Source of the DNA: a bacterium
Lineage (GTDB): Bacteria; Zhuqueibacterota; Zhuqueibacteria; Residuimicrobiales; Krinioviventaceae
Assembly (NCBI GenBank): GCA_963674595.2
Contig: CAXXFV010000008.1
Location: 375,885-439,884, forward strand
Reading direction: 5' to 3'
Length of the DNA: 64,000 bases
Below the pieces are notes generated by a model. That model had not been told where the DNA came from, did not search any database, and saw nothing but the letters and a program-made list of their open reading frames with translations. The translations under genes and the position numbers were made by a program. Shown one piece after another: positions 22,685 through 32,500 of this stretch (the stretch's first letter is position 1; every line of letters starts with the position of its first letter).

Positions 22685-22713
22685 TTGCGCTGCTTTTTTA
22701 TTATTCGTATAAT
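22685..22713 (+). promoter_or_regulatory. Putative sigma70 promoter
   Basis: TTGCGC-17 nt-TATAAT upstream of the ORF at 22789. Confidence 0.5.
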
Positions 22714-22788
22714 CATCTATCTGTTTTAAAATAACCAGTCCAATATGGGTAAATAATTTTATCTGATATACTTTTACATGGATTTTTT

Positions 22789-23457
22789 ATGGGTATGTTT
22801 AAAGTTATTACAAAAATTGCAGTAACAGGTTTTATAATATCCATTATCTTTTCCTGTACCGTGGCCCCAAAATATCCTGCCAAAATAGAAAAACCGGAAT
22901 TTGTAGCACAAAATTATACATTGGATGAAATTAAAAAAGAGTATCCGGAATACGGTCTTGTTTTGGACAAGGCCATAGAATTATATGAAAAATTTGCACT
23001 GTCCGGTAAAAATCAATTTGTAAATATTGAAGAATTGTTTGTTGAAAATAACCAGGGTGATGGTGAAAAACTGCAGCAAATAGCTGCAAATGCTCACAGT
23101 GGTTATTTCGGATTGGAACGTATCGAAATTGATTCATCTTATTTTGATTTTCCTAATTCGTTGAAAAAAAATTATCCCTATTATAAAATTTTAAATTATA
23201 CCATTCCCATGTTTGATTTGGAGAATGTTGTGTATGTGCCAAAGGGGCCTGTTGAAAATTATTTGATATTAAATTGCCTGTATTACACGGCATTTAAAAC
23301 ACGTTCAGAGTTAAATGTATCGTGTTACAGGCTCTATCTGCAAACGCAACGGAATGGTGAAAATCTACTAATAAGCAAAATGGATATTGTCGATGAACGT
23401 GGAGTCGATTTAAAAGTACCATTTTTGTTAAAACCGTTTATGTGGTTTCGGGAGTGA
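22789..23457 (+). CDS. Hypothetical lipoprotein
   Basis: Hydrophobic N-terminus ending IIFSC. No family recognised. Confidence 0.55.
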   Translation: MGMFKVITKIAVTGFIISIIFSCTVAPKYPAKIEKPEFVAQNYTLDEIKKEYPEYGLVLDKAIELYEKFALSGKNQFVNIEELFVENNQGDGEKLQQIAANAHSGYFGLERIEIDSSYFDFPNSLKKNYPYYKILNYTIPMFDLENVVYVPKGPVENYLILNCLYYTAFKTRSELNVSCYRLYLQTQRNGENLLISKMDIVDERGVDLKVPFLLKPFMWFRE

Positions 23458-23553
23458 AAATTTTGTATTAACAGAATGCTAAATGTTTCAGCTCAATTGG
23501 ATAACGATTATTGTGAAAAGTTAAATCTTAAAAGGACCAAAAAGGAACCCCTG

Positions 23554-24498
23554 ATGAAAAGAGTTTTTGTTGTTTTTGTATTGATCTTTGCGCTGCAATG
23601 TCAAAAGAGTAAAGATGTTTATCTGTTTTCATATTTTACAGGCAATGGTGAGGATGGACTGCATTTGGCCTATAGTTATGACGGATTCAAATGGACGGCT
23701 TTGAAAAACGGTCACTCTTTTTTACAGCCGCAGGCTGGTGACGACAAATTGATGCGCGATCCCTGTATTATTACCGGGCCTGACGGCACTTTTCATATGG
23801 TCTGGACGGTCAGTTGGAAGGAAAAGGGCATCGGCTATGCGAGTTCAAAAGACCTGATTCACTGGTCGGAACAAAAATATATCCCGGTAATGGAACATGA
23901 ACCGGACGCAGAAAACTGCTGGGCGCCTGAAATATTTTATGATGATGTAAAGGACCGGTTTTTAATTTTCTGGGCAACTACTATAACGGGGCGTTTCCCG
24001 CAAACGGATTTTCAACATGATAAGGGAATAAAAGGCAAAGGCAACAATCATCGTATGTATTATGTAACCACCAGAGATTTTGTGGATTTTTCCGAAACCA
24101 AAATATTTTATAATTATGATTTTAATGTTATTGACGCTACGGTTATCAAAGTCGATTCGGAATATATCATGTTTATAAAAGACGAAACCACCAAACCCTT
24201 TGTCCCGCAAAAGAATATTAGAATTGCCAAAAGCACGTCTGCTGAGGGGCCTTATAGTAAGGCTTCGGACCCGATTACCGGAGATTACTGGGCCGAGGGT
24301 CCGACGGTGATCAAAATAGGGGACTCTTGGCATTTGTATTTTGACAAATACAGGCTGCACAAATACGGACTGCTGATATCAAACGATTTGATCCATTGGA
24401 CCGACAAATCCGATGAATTTGAATATCCGCAGGGCCTGCGTCATGGGACCGCTTTCAAGGTTACGGAAAAGGTGTTGGATAGGTTGTTAAAAGAATAG
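23554..24498 (+). CDS. GH43-like five-bladed beta-propeller glycoside hydrolase, exported
   Basis: Likely start MKRVFVVF. Motifs GLHLAYSYDG, MRDPCI, CWAPE, VIDAT, WAEGPT and LRHGT. Confidence 0.85.
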   Translation: MKRVFVVFVLIFALQCQKSKDVYLFSYFTGNGEDGLHLAYSYDGFKWTALKNGHSFLQPQAGDDKLMRDPCIITGPDGTFHMVWTVSWKEKGIGYASSKDLIHWSEQKYIPVMEHEPDAENCWAPEIFYDDVKDRFLIFWATTITGRFPQTDFQHDKGIKGKGNNHRMYYVTTRDFVDFSETKIFYNYDFNVIDATVIKVDSEYIMFIKDETTKPFVPQKNIRIAKSTSAEGPYSKASDPITGDYWAEGPTVIKIGDSWHLYFDKYRLHKYGLLISNDLIHWTDKSDEFEYPQGLRHGTAFKVTEKVLDRLLKE

Positions 24499-24597
24499 TA
24501 GAGATATTTATTTATGCTTAATATTATTATATGGTTATTTGAGCTAGATAGAATTGAAAGACAATAATGAAGATTTTTAAAAAATGGGAGGAACGGT

Positions 24598-25182
24598 ATG
24601 AGCTTTACATCTTATTTAGAAGACATCTTGGATAGGCTTAATTCAGACATTCATCTACTTGAAAATGAGTGTAAAGAGCATTATAGTCAAGACCAAAATG
24701 CAGAAAAGACATTAGCTCATATCAATAGAACTCTTGATGTTTTGAAACAGTTTTCTTTTAATGTTACAGAAATTGTTGAAATGATTTTGCTGCCCGAATA
24801 TAAACAATCGATAAAGTGTGTTGAGTTAAATAAAGTTATTAAAGAAAATAAACTCGAAATAGACCATTTGAAAACTGAACTTGACTATTATGTAAAACAA
24901 AATAAAAAATTACAAAGATATTACAATAGAAAAGAGTTAGAGGTTTTACAAAAAGAAAGGACAAAAGAAAGAGGTCGAATATCAAATATAGTAGATAATA
25001 AGGGTTATGGATTTATAAAGCGAAAAAGTTCTGATGATATTTTTTTTCATAGAACTGATATGATTAATGAAGATGAATTTATAGAATTAAAATATGGTGA
25101 TTTAGTGGAATTCGATATAGAAATTGATAAACGTGGAGATCGGGAAAAAGCTATTTTTGTAAAGCTATATTCTGTAATATAA
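24598..25182 (+). CDS. Coiled-coil protein with C-terminal cold-shock (CSD) domain
   Basis: C-terminal KGYGFI (RNP1), DIFFH (RNP2) and GDLVEFDI. Helical charged N-terminus. SD gggagg. Confidence 0.75.
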   Translation: MSFTSYLEDILDRLNSDIHLLENECKEHYSQDQNAEKTLAHINRTLDVLKQFSFNVTEIVEMILLPEYKQSIKCVELNKVIKENKLEIDHLKTELDYYVKQNKKLQRYYNRKELEVLQKERTKERGRISNIVDNKGYGFIKRKSSDDIFFHRTDMINEDEFIELKYGDLVEFDIEIDKRGDREKAIFVKLYSVI

Positions 25183-25246
25183 ATTGTCTATATTATTATT
25201 ACTTTATTGATTTTTTAAGATAATTTGCTGTTTTGGGAGAACCTAT

Positions 25247-25783
25247 ATGTCTTTTTTTAAAAATTTTAAAAATATGCTGGGTGTGGGACCGCACTTGCTG
25301 GTTATATGTTTTATTATTGAAGCGGCGGCTGTTTTTATAAACCAATGGATAAAAATGCCGATAGAGCTGACCTATCCTTTTCAAATAACTGTTACGGTTA
25401 TTTTACTGGTTCTGCTGGTTGCCGGCATGGCCTGGTTTAATTTTTCATTAAATCTGATTAATGTAAATTTTCTTTCCGGCAAAAAAGAGCTGGTAATTCA
25501 TGGATCGTTTAAATATGTCAGGCATCCGTTGTACTCAACCATTCTGCTGACGCTGCCGGAACTGGCAATTGTGTGGTATATGGATTTGTTTTTTATCATC
25601 CCGTGGATTGTTATGTTTTGTGCGGCCCGTTTTGTTGTTGCTATGGAAGAACGTGAACTGGTTGAGCAATTTGGCGATACCTATAAAAGATACCAAAAAT
25701 ATGTCCCCGCGCTGCTGCCCTGCAAAGGGCCGGCCGGGAAACGGTATTTTGCGGAGATTATGAATAATGAATCCGGGCAATAA
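25247..25783 (+). CDS. Isoprenylcysteine carboxylmethyltransferase / PEMT-family membrane protein
   Basis: LVIHGSFKYVRHPLYS and EERELVEQFGDTYKRYQKYVP. Confidence 0.85.
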   Translation: MSFFKNFKNMLGVGPHLLVICFIIEAAAVFINQWIKMPIELTYPFQITVTVILLVLLVAGMAWFNFSLNLINVNFLSGKKELVIHGSFKYVRHPLYSTILLTLPELAIVWYMDLFFIIPWIVMFCAARFVVAMEERELVEQFGDTYKRYQKYVPALLPCKGPAGKRYFAEIMNNESGQ

Positions 25784-25786
25784 AAT

Positions 25787-26446
25787 ATGTTAAAAACTAT
25801 TTTTATGAATCCGAACCGGAAATTACTGTTACTCTCTTCAGTTTGTGTTTTTCCTGTTATGCTTGTTGTTTTCCCGGTAGCCACAAGAGTATTTGGGAGC
25901 AAATGGGGTTATTTACTTGGTTTGGCCGTGTACTGGACATATTTAATCTCTGTCATGATATGTTTTTATAAAAGTGATAAAGTTTTTTTGAAAAATATTT
26001 TGTCAAATCCCAAATTGAACTATTGGATTTTGTATAGTTTTGCTGCTTTTATCCCTGTTTTGGGTGTATTTTTTGTATCATTTTTACCGGATGCCGGCCG
26101 TTTGTCATTGTCAACGGCACTGTTGGTCCTGGTGTCTGCCGTGCTGAACGGTACTTTTGAAGAGGTTTACTGGCGTGGTCTATATCTTGAAGAATTCCGC
26201 AACAGTGTTTCAGTCGGTTTGTGGGTATCCACCATGTTGTTTACGCTCTGGCATTTTTCATTATGGTTTGCAAAGGGTGTTGTATACCAGGGCGGACTTT
26301 TAGCCCTGGTTAGCGGCGCGTTTGTTATGGGACTTTTATGGAGTTTTGTTTCCAGAAAGCTGCAAAATATAACAATGTGCATTATCGCCCATGTTTTCGT
26401 AAATGTTTTTGCCTTTACCGGTTTATATGTGCAAAACGGGTTTTGA
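25787..26446 (+). CDS. CPBP (CAAX/Abi) intramembrane metalloprotease
   Basis: FEEVYWRG, LFTLWH and IIAHVFVN motifs. Confidence 0.85.
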   Translation: MLKTIFMNPNRKLLLLSSVCVFPVMLVVFPVATRVFGSKWGYLLGLAVYWTYLISVMICFYKSDKVFLKNILSNPKLNYWILYSFAAFIPVLGVFFVSFLPDAGRLSLSTALLVLVSAVLNGTFEEVYWRGLYLEEFRNSVSVGLWVSTMLFTLWHFSLWFAKGVVYQGGLLALVSGAFVMGLLWSFVSRKLQNITMCIIAHVFVNVFAFTGLYVQNGF

Positions 26447-26503
26447 TGCAATTCCCTGAAGGGAAAGCTGATTTTTAAAACTAATAATTCAATTGAGGCG
26501 GCT

Positions 26504-27079
26504 TTGAAGAGTATTTTTCTTTTTGTATTGTTTTCATTTACTTTGCTGTTTGCTGAAAAAGTAAAGTGCGCCGAGTTCTTTAAGCATCAGTGGGTTTCAG
26601 TCAATGTGGGAAGAACAAATGATATTTTTAAAAAGGGTAATCAAGATAAAAAGGAATTTGGATTGCTTTACGGTATTGATGTGTCCTGTTCTATTTATAA
26701 AAATGGTTTTGTGAATTTTCAAAGAGCCAGAGCGTGTGAGTTCCTTTCACCTTTGTTGCAACTCCATAAGCCAGCAGAAAGTTTTAAACAATCATCTGTT
26801 TATGTAGGTTGTATTTTAACAAAAAAGAATTTTTGCTATATAATGGCAGTAGGTTATTGTCGGATAAAGGGAGTCAATCGCGGTAAATGGCTGGGTGTTC
26901 CGGGAATTGAAACCTATGATTATGAGAGCCTGCCCTATACCAGCAAAGGATTCCCCTGGTATTTTCAGATTAATAACAATTCAGACGACTGGATTGGAGC
27001 AGGGTTACGGTTTTCAGGAACATTACAATCGGAAAAAGATTATTTTGGTGTGTCGTTATTACTCAAGCTGGGGAGGTAG
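26504..27079 (+). CDS. Hypothetical exported protein, beta-rich, possibly a small outer-membrane barrel
   Basis: TTG start with SD gagg, signal peptide and amphipathic beta pattern (YFGVSLLLKLG). Confidence 0.5.
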   Translation: MKSIFLFVLFSFTLLFAEKVKCAEFFKHQWVSVNVGRTNDIFKKGNQDKKEFGLLYGIDVSCSIYKNGFVNFQRARACEFLSPLLQLHKPAESFKQSSVYVGCILTKKNFCYIMAVGYCRIKGVNRGKWLGVPGIETYDYESLPYTSKGFPWYFQINNNSDDWIGAGLRFSGTLQSEKDYFGVSLLLKLGR

Positions 27080-27187
27080 TCGAATCAATCGGAATAATCA
27101 ACGGCCTTTTCCAGTTGCTTAAATAAAAGACAAAGTTTGACCTTTATTTATACTTTGATTGAATGGAACTAAACAGAGAGGTTTGGC

Positions 27188-29122
27188 ATGAAATCAGGTA
27201 AAAAAAATACCGGTTCTCCTGTAAAGTCGGTTCCGCAATTAAAATGGGTTACAACAAAAATTCTGGATGATGTTTTTACCGATGAGGTGAGTTTATTCAA
27301 ACCCCATTTTGATGTAAATTATGAAGCTTATTTGCAAAGACTATGGGAATCAAATCCGGATATTTATGAACAGTTAAAAAATTCATCAGACCTGGAAAGC
27401 GCCCGGGATGCGCTGTATGCTTATTTGGAAAAGGCAGAGCGAAAAATTTTCACAGTTGAGAACGATTTGCATATCCTGGAAAAATCAACAGTACGCGAAA
27501 GTATCAGGGTGTTTAAAAGTATTATCGGTCCGATAAATGAGTTCCGCACCGAGTTTTCCGCTCTTGACAGTTTATGGAAACTGGCCCAGGACAAAAAACA
27601 GGAATTGAAAAGTAAAATTTCTGTGGGATTCATTCTCGAATTTATTAACCTGTTTCGGGGTGTGACCGGAAAGTCCAATATTTATCTTGAAAATACCCAG
27701 GTTAAAAAAGGTATTCCTGAATTTCTTAAATTAAAGGGCAGGGAAGCGGCTGAATTGCGCATGGATATTTTGGATGACTTTGGCGCTAATATTCAAAAAT
27801 ATTTTAAAAAGTATCCCTCGGGATTGGAAGAAGAGGTGGTGAATTGGCGCAGCCAGAATAAAACAAAAATTTTACGCTATTTTAACGCAACAGAAGATGA
27901 CTGGAATAATTACCGTTGGCACCTGAAAAACGTATTAAAAGATTCTCACCCGCTTGTAGACCTGATTGAGTTAACCAATGAACAAAAAGAAGCTGTTGAA
28001 AAGGCCGTTAAGAACAAAATTGCCTTTGGCATTACTCCCTATTACCTTAGTTTGATGGATTCCAAACTATCCATCGGTTATGACCATGCTGTCAGGGCAC
28101 AGGTCATTCCTCCAAAAGATTATGTTGATAAAATGGTTGAGCATCAATCGGATCGCAATATCACTTTTGATTTTATGGGTGAACATGATACCTCGCCGGT
28201 TGAGCTTGTTACCCGTCGATACCCGATGATTTCCATTCTAAAACCCTTTAATTCCTGTGCACAGATATGTGTCTATTGTCAACGCAACTGGGAAATAGAA
28301 AGGGTATTGGAACCGAAAGCACTGGCGCCCCAGGAAAAGATAGACCGTGCTTTGGAATGGCTGGATGAACACAAAAGCGTGGGGGACGTGTTGATTACCG
28401 GCGGTGATCCGTTGATTATGAGTGATTCCCCGGTTGGAAAAACTGTTGGAGAGTTTGTCTGCCAAAAAACAAATATACAGAATTAGAATCGGGACCAGAA
28501 CACCGGTGGTGTTGCCGATGCGTTTTACGGATGAATTTATTAAAATGCTTGCCGGATTTCATCGTCCGCCTGATTTAGAAATTGCCATAGTGACTCATTT
28601 TGAACACTCTTATGAAATTACCCCGGAATCCATGAAAGCCGTGCAGAAATTACGGCAAGTCGGGATCAGTGTATATAATCAGCAGGTTTATACGGTTGAA
28701 AATTCCAGGAGATTTGAGGCGGCAAAGCTGCGCAAAGATTTAAAATCCATTGGTGTTGACCCGTATTATACGTTTAATATGAAAGGCAAGGAAGAGACCA
28801 GTCGATATATGGTGCCGATTGCCAGAATTTTACAGGAACGTAAAGAAGAGGCCCGGTTGTTACCCGGTTTGGACTGAACCGACGAGCCGGTGTTTAATGT
28901 TCCGCGGCTTGGTAAAAACCAGTTGTATGCGGGACAAGACCACCGGCTGGTTATGATTTTACCTGATGGTTCGCGTGTTTATGAATTTCATCCGTGGGAA
29001 AAGAACATAACCGCCATTCCGCCGTATAATTATGTTGATGTTCCGATATATGATTATCTTGAAGAACTGGCCGCACGCGGTGAAAACATTCGGATTACCG
29101 AACGATATGGTTTTATTATTAA
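27188..29122 (+). pseudogene. KamA-family (lysine 2,3-aminomutase-like) radical SAM protein with long N-terminal extension, disrupted as assembled
   Basis: FGITPYYLSL, TRRYP, CAQICVYC (CxxxCxxC), DVLITGGDPL, IRIGTRTPVVLPMR, THFEH. Disruptions are a +1 frameshift at C4 28428-28431, an in-frame TGA at 28875-28877, and a probable missing G near 29092 (restored end ...NIRDYRTIWFYY* at 29122). Confidence 0.8.
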
Positions 29123-29578
29123 ATCGTGTTTTTTGCACAGTATATTACCACTTTTGAAACACTGTTAAATGTTGGTACACTTGTTGTATACTGTTAAAAG
29201 TATGGAAAATTTGAAAAAAGACTGATTTAAAAAAATATTTTTTTTCATCCTGAACAAGAGTGTTTTTTTTATTGTTTAATGCCTTGTTTTTAAGTTTGTT
29301 ATGGTGGTGTCGGCGAAGGGCTGTGTTTAAATAATAAGACTATCTGGAAAAAACAAACTTTTATTTTAATCAAAATTTATGTAAAATTAGGGTCTGTTTT
29401 TTGCATGACAAAGCAATATTTTCTGTGAAAAACGAAATAGTAAAAAGGATTGATTGTTGAAATGCCTCATGTATAATAATAAAAACTTGAGGGACCAAAG
29501 CTGATTAAATGTTAGTGTACGAATCTTTTAGCTAATCAAAATTTTACTTGTGGGTTATGTTAATATTAGGAGCATACT

Positions 29579-32500
29579 ATGAAGTTGTGTTTGAGGGTTA
29601 AAATAACAAAAAATCTTTTGGGATGGATAGGGACAGCCCTGCTTTTTTTTATTTGTGAATTCTGTGTCTGCCCAGGGATACCCGACTCATACTAAATTGT
29701 TATATTCATCCGACCTGAATCAAGCTGGTGAAACCAGTATAGGTACGGTTAATAATTATGCCGGAAGTTTTGTGTCCGGTGGCTGGAAAGCGACTTCAGA
29801 AACAAGTATGTTGCGTATAGCCTTGCCGCAGGGATTACCCGCTGAAGGGACTATGGTTGTAAATGTGACTAATTTTAATCCGGTTACGCAAAATTCGCAG
29901 GAAAAACATAATATCATCAATTTATATTCACAGGGAGAAGGCAGTAAGGATATATTTGAAACCGATGGCTCCTGGGTTGATATTCGGACGGGTACGAATT
30001 ATACTGATGGCCCTAATGTAGCCGGATTTAAAATGCTGGCAGCTTCCAGAGGAATAGATACTCGTGAAGAAGTCCGCGCTATGCAATCTGCGACCTGGAG
30101 TTTATCGAGAACGTATGAGTTTAGAATAATTTGGACGGAATCAAAAATTTACACACTTGTTAACGGAGATTTAAAAGCGACATTAGATTTTACGAATCAA
30201 TATGAAGCGTTTAGATATATCTTTTTAGGAAGAGACAATATATATAAAGCCATGGCAGGCCCTGTTTATAAAAATGTAGAAATTTATACAAAGGATGATG
30301 GTAGTTCACCATCTTATCAAGTTTCTTTTAGTGATATAACAGGTTCGTCGGATACGGAAGGATATTCTGCATCCGGTTATAGTCATGGCGCTGCATTTGC
30401 CGATGTCAACCAGGACGGATTTTATGATCTTTTTGTCAGCAATGCAGTGTGGGATGAAGCCGTGCCTGATATGTTGTATATCAATCAGGGTGACAGAAGT
30501 TTTGATCAGGAGAACAATGCACGCGGTACATCTGATGCAGGAATGACCCATTCTGTTGTAAATGCGGATTTTGATAATGATGGTGATTTGGATGTCTATT
30601 TTGCCAATATGCCGGAAAATGACAATAGTCCCAGAGGACGCGATGCACTTTATCGTAATGATGGAAACGGCTATTATACCAACATAACAGACTGGGCTGG
30701 TATAGCGACCGATCAGAATCGTGCCAAAGGCGCGGTTGCTGCGGATTTTAATAACGATGGTTTTTTAGATATTTATATTAACAATGCCGGCCATAATAAT
30801 ATTATGTATTTTAATGACGGCACTGGTAAAATGCAAAGAGTTGACAGGGGGGCAAATGGTCCATCAGGTGACACTTCCACAAAGCAGGGTACAACCGTCG
30901 CTGATATTGATAATGACGGCGATGTTGATATTTACGCCTGCCGGCGTGATGCAGCAAATTGGCTGTTTATCAACGATGGAAATGGTAACTTTACGGAAGA
31001 AGCAGCAGCACGGGGTGTAAACTTGGGCGGTCGTTCAAAGGGATCTGCGTTTTCCGATATTGATAACGATGGTGACCTTGATCTTATTGTTATGAATGAA
31101 GCCGAAAATACAAATGTTTTGCCCTATGTTCGTTTTTACATTAACCAGGGTAACGGACATTTTGTAGACAATTCTCTTCAATATAATATTAAAGCCAGCG
31201 GATATTCCACTGTTTTAACCGACGTGGATAACGATGCTGATATAGATATGGTGGTTTTGCGGAATGATGAAAAAGATACCAACGCAAAACCCGAGTTATA
31301 CTTGAATGATGGTGCAGGAAATTTTTCCATACAATCCCTTACAGGTGTGGATGTCAGTACAAAGGACCCTCGTGCCGGTGTTTTTGGTGATATTGATAAC
31401 GACGGTGATATGGACCTTTATTTTACCTCTGCCAATGGTGAAGGTTTTATGCTGAGAAACGTCACAAACTCTGGCTACAATTATCTGGATGTATTATGTA
31501 TAGGCCCTGGTGGGGATTATGGCGGTTTTGGTACCAAAGTTTATGTGTATGAACAAGGATTTGTTAATGATGCAAGTAAATTAATAGGTTTTCAACAATC
31601 TGTTTCAAATACAGCCTATTTAAGCCAAAATCAAACAGCCCTGCATTTCGGCCTTGGTGAAAATTCGTTTGTTGATGTTGTTGTTGAATTTCAAAATGGC
31701 AAAAAATCGATACATTATAATGTACCAGCCAATCAGAAAATTGAAGTATCGCCGGATGATGTTGTGCCGACACTGATGACAATTACAGGTAATGATCAAA
31801 CCGGTGTTGCCGGGGCTGTGTTAGGGGATTCCATCAAAGTCCTTGTAACGGATATAGACAGTGATATTGTGCCGGGTTATCCTGTTAAATTTGTTGTTAA
31901 AACTGGTGGCGGTTCTTTAAACGGAACATCCGATACAACTGTAACAGTAAATACGAACCTTCAGGGTTATGCCATAGTTACCTGGAAAATGGGAACTGTA
32001 GCCGGTGTGGAAAATTCCATGGAAATCTCTGTTCTTAATGGGGAAGATCATATCAGCAACTCGCCGCAAACAATTCGTATAACTCCCGGACCGGCTGATC
32101 CTGCTATTTTATACCGTATTGCCGGAGATGGTCAGTCTGCTTATTTTGATCAATTTCTGGAAAATGAATTTAAAGTAAAAATTACAGATGCCTTTGATAA
32201 TATCATTCAAGGTTTTGCTGTTTCTTTTAGTATCATCTCGGGAGAAGGAAAGCTTGGTGATGCCCTTGTTACGCAAACGGATGTTTTAACCGATGCGTTA
32301 GGTATGGCTGCGGTTAAATGGCAGGTGGGACCTGTTGCCGGTAACCAGATTATGCAGGCAGCCGCCATGTTTAATGGCGTTCAAATACAAAACAGTCCCT
32401 GCCAGTTTACCGCCGTAGGTATTGAACCTGAAAAACAGTTGGTTGCTCTTTCAGAGAGACTCAGCACCGGAACTGTTAATCAGGCTTTGGCCGAGCCAAT

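Noticed and set aside
20045-27079. Run of short co-oriented unrelated genes resembling an integron cassette array
   Set aside because: No attC-like RYYYAAC...GTTRRRY palindromes were seen after the genes, there is no integrase in the window, and several genes have their own promoters.
28875-28877. Genome-wide TGA reassignment (alternative genetic code)
   Set aside because: TGA ends intact genes at plausible positions (3232, 23457, 26446, 44722), and the long conserved genes have no internal TGA.
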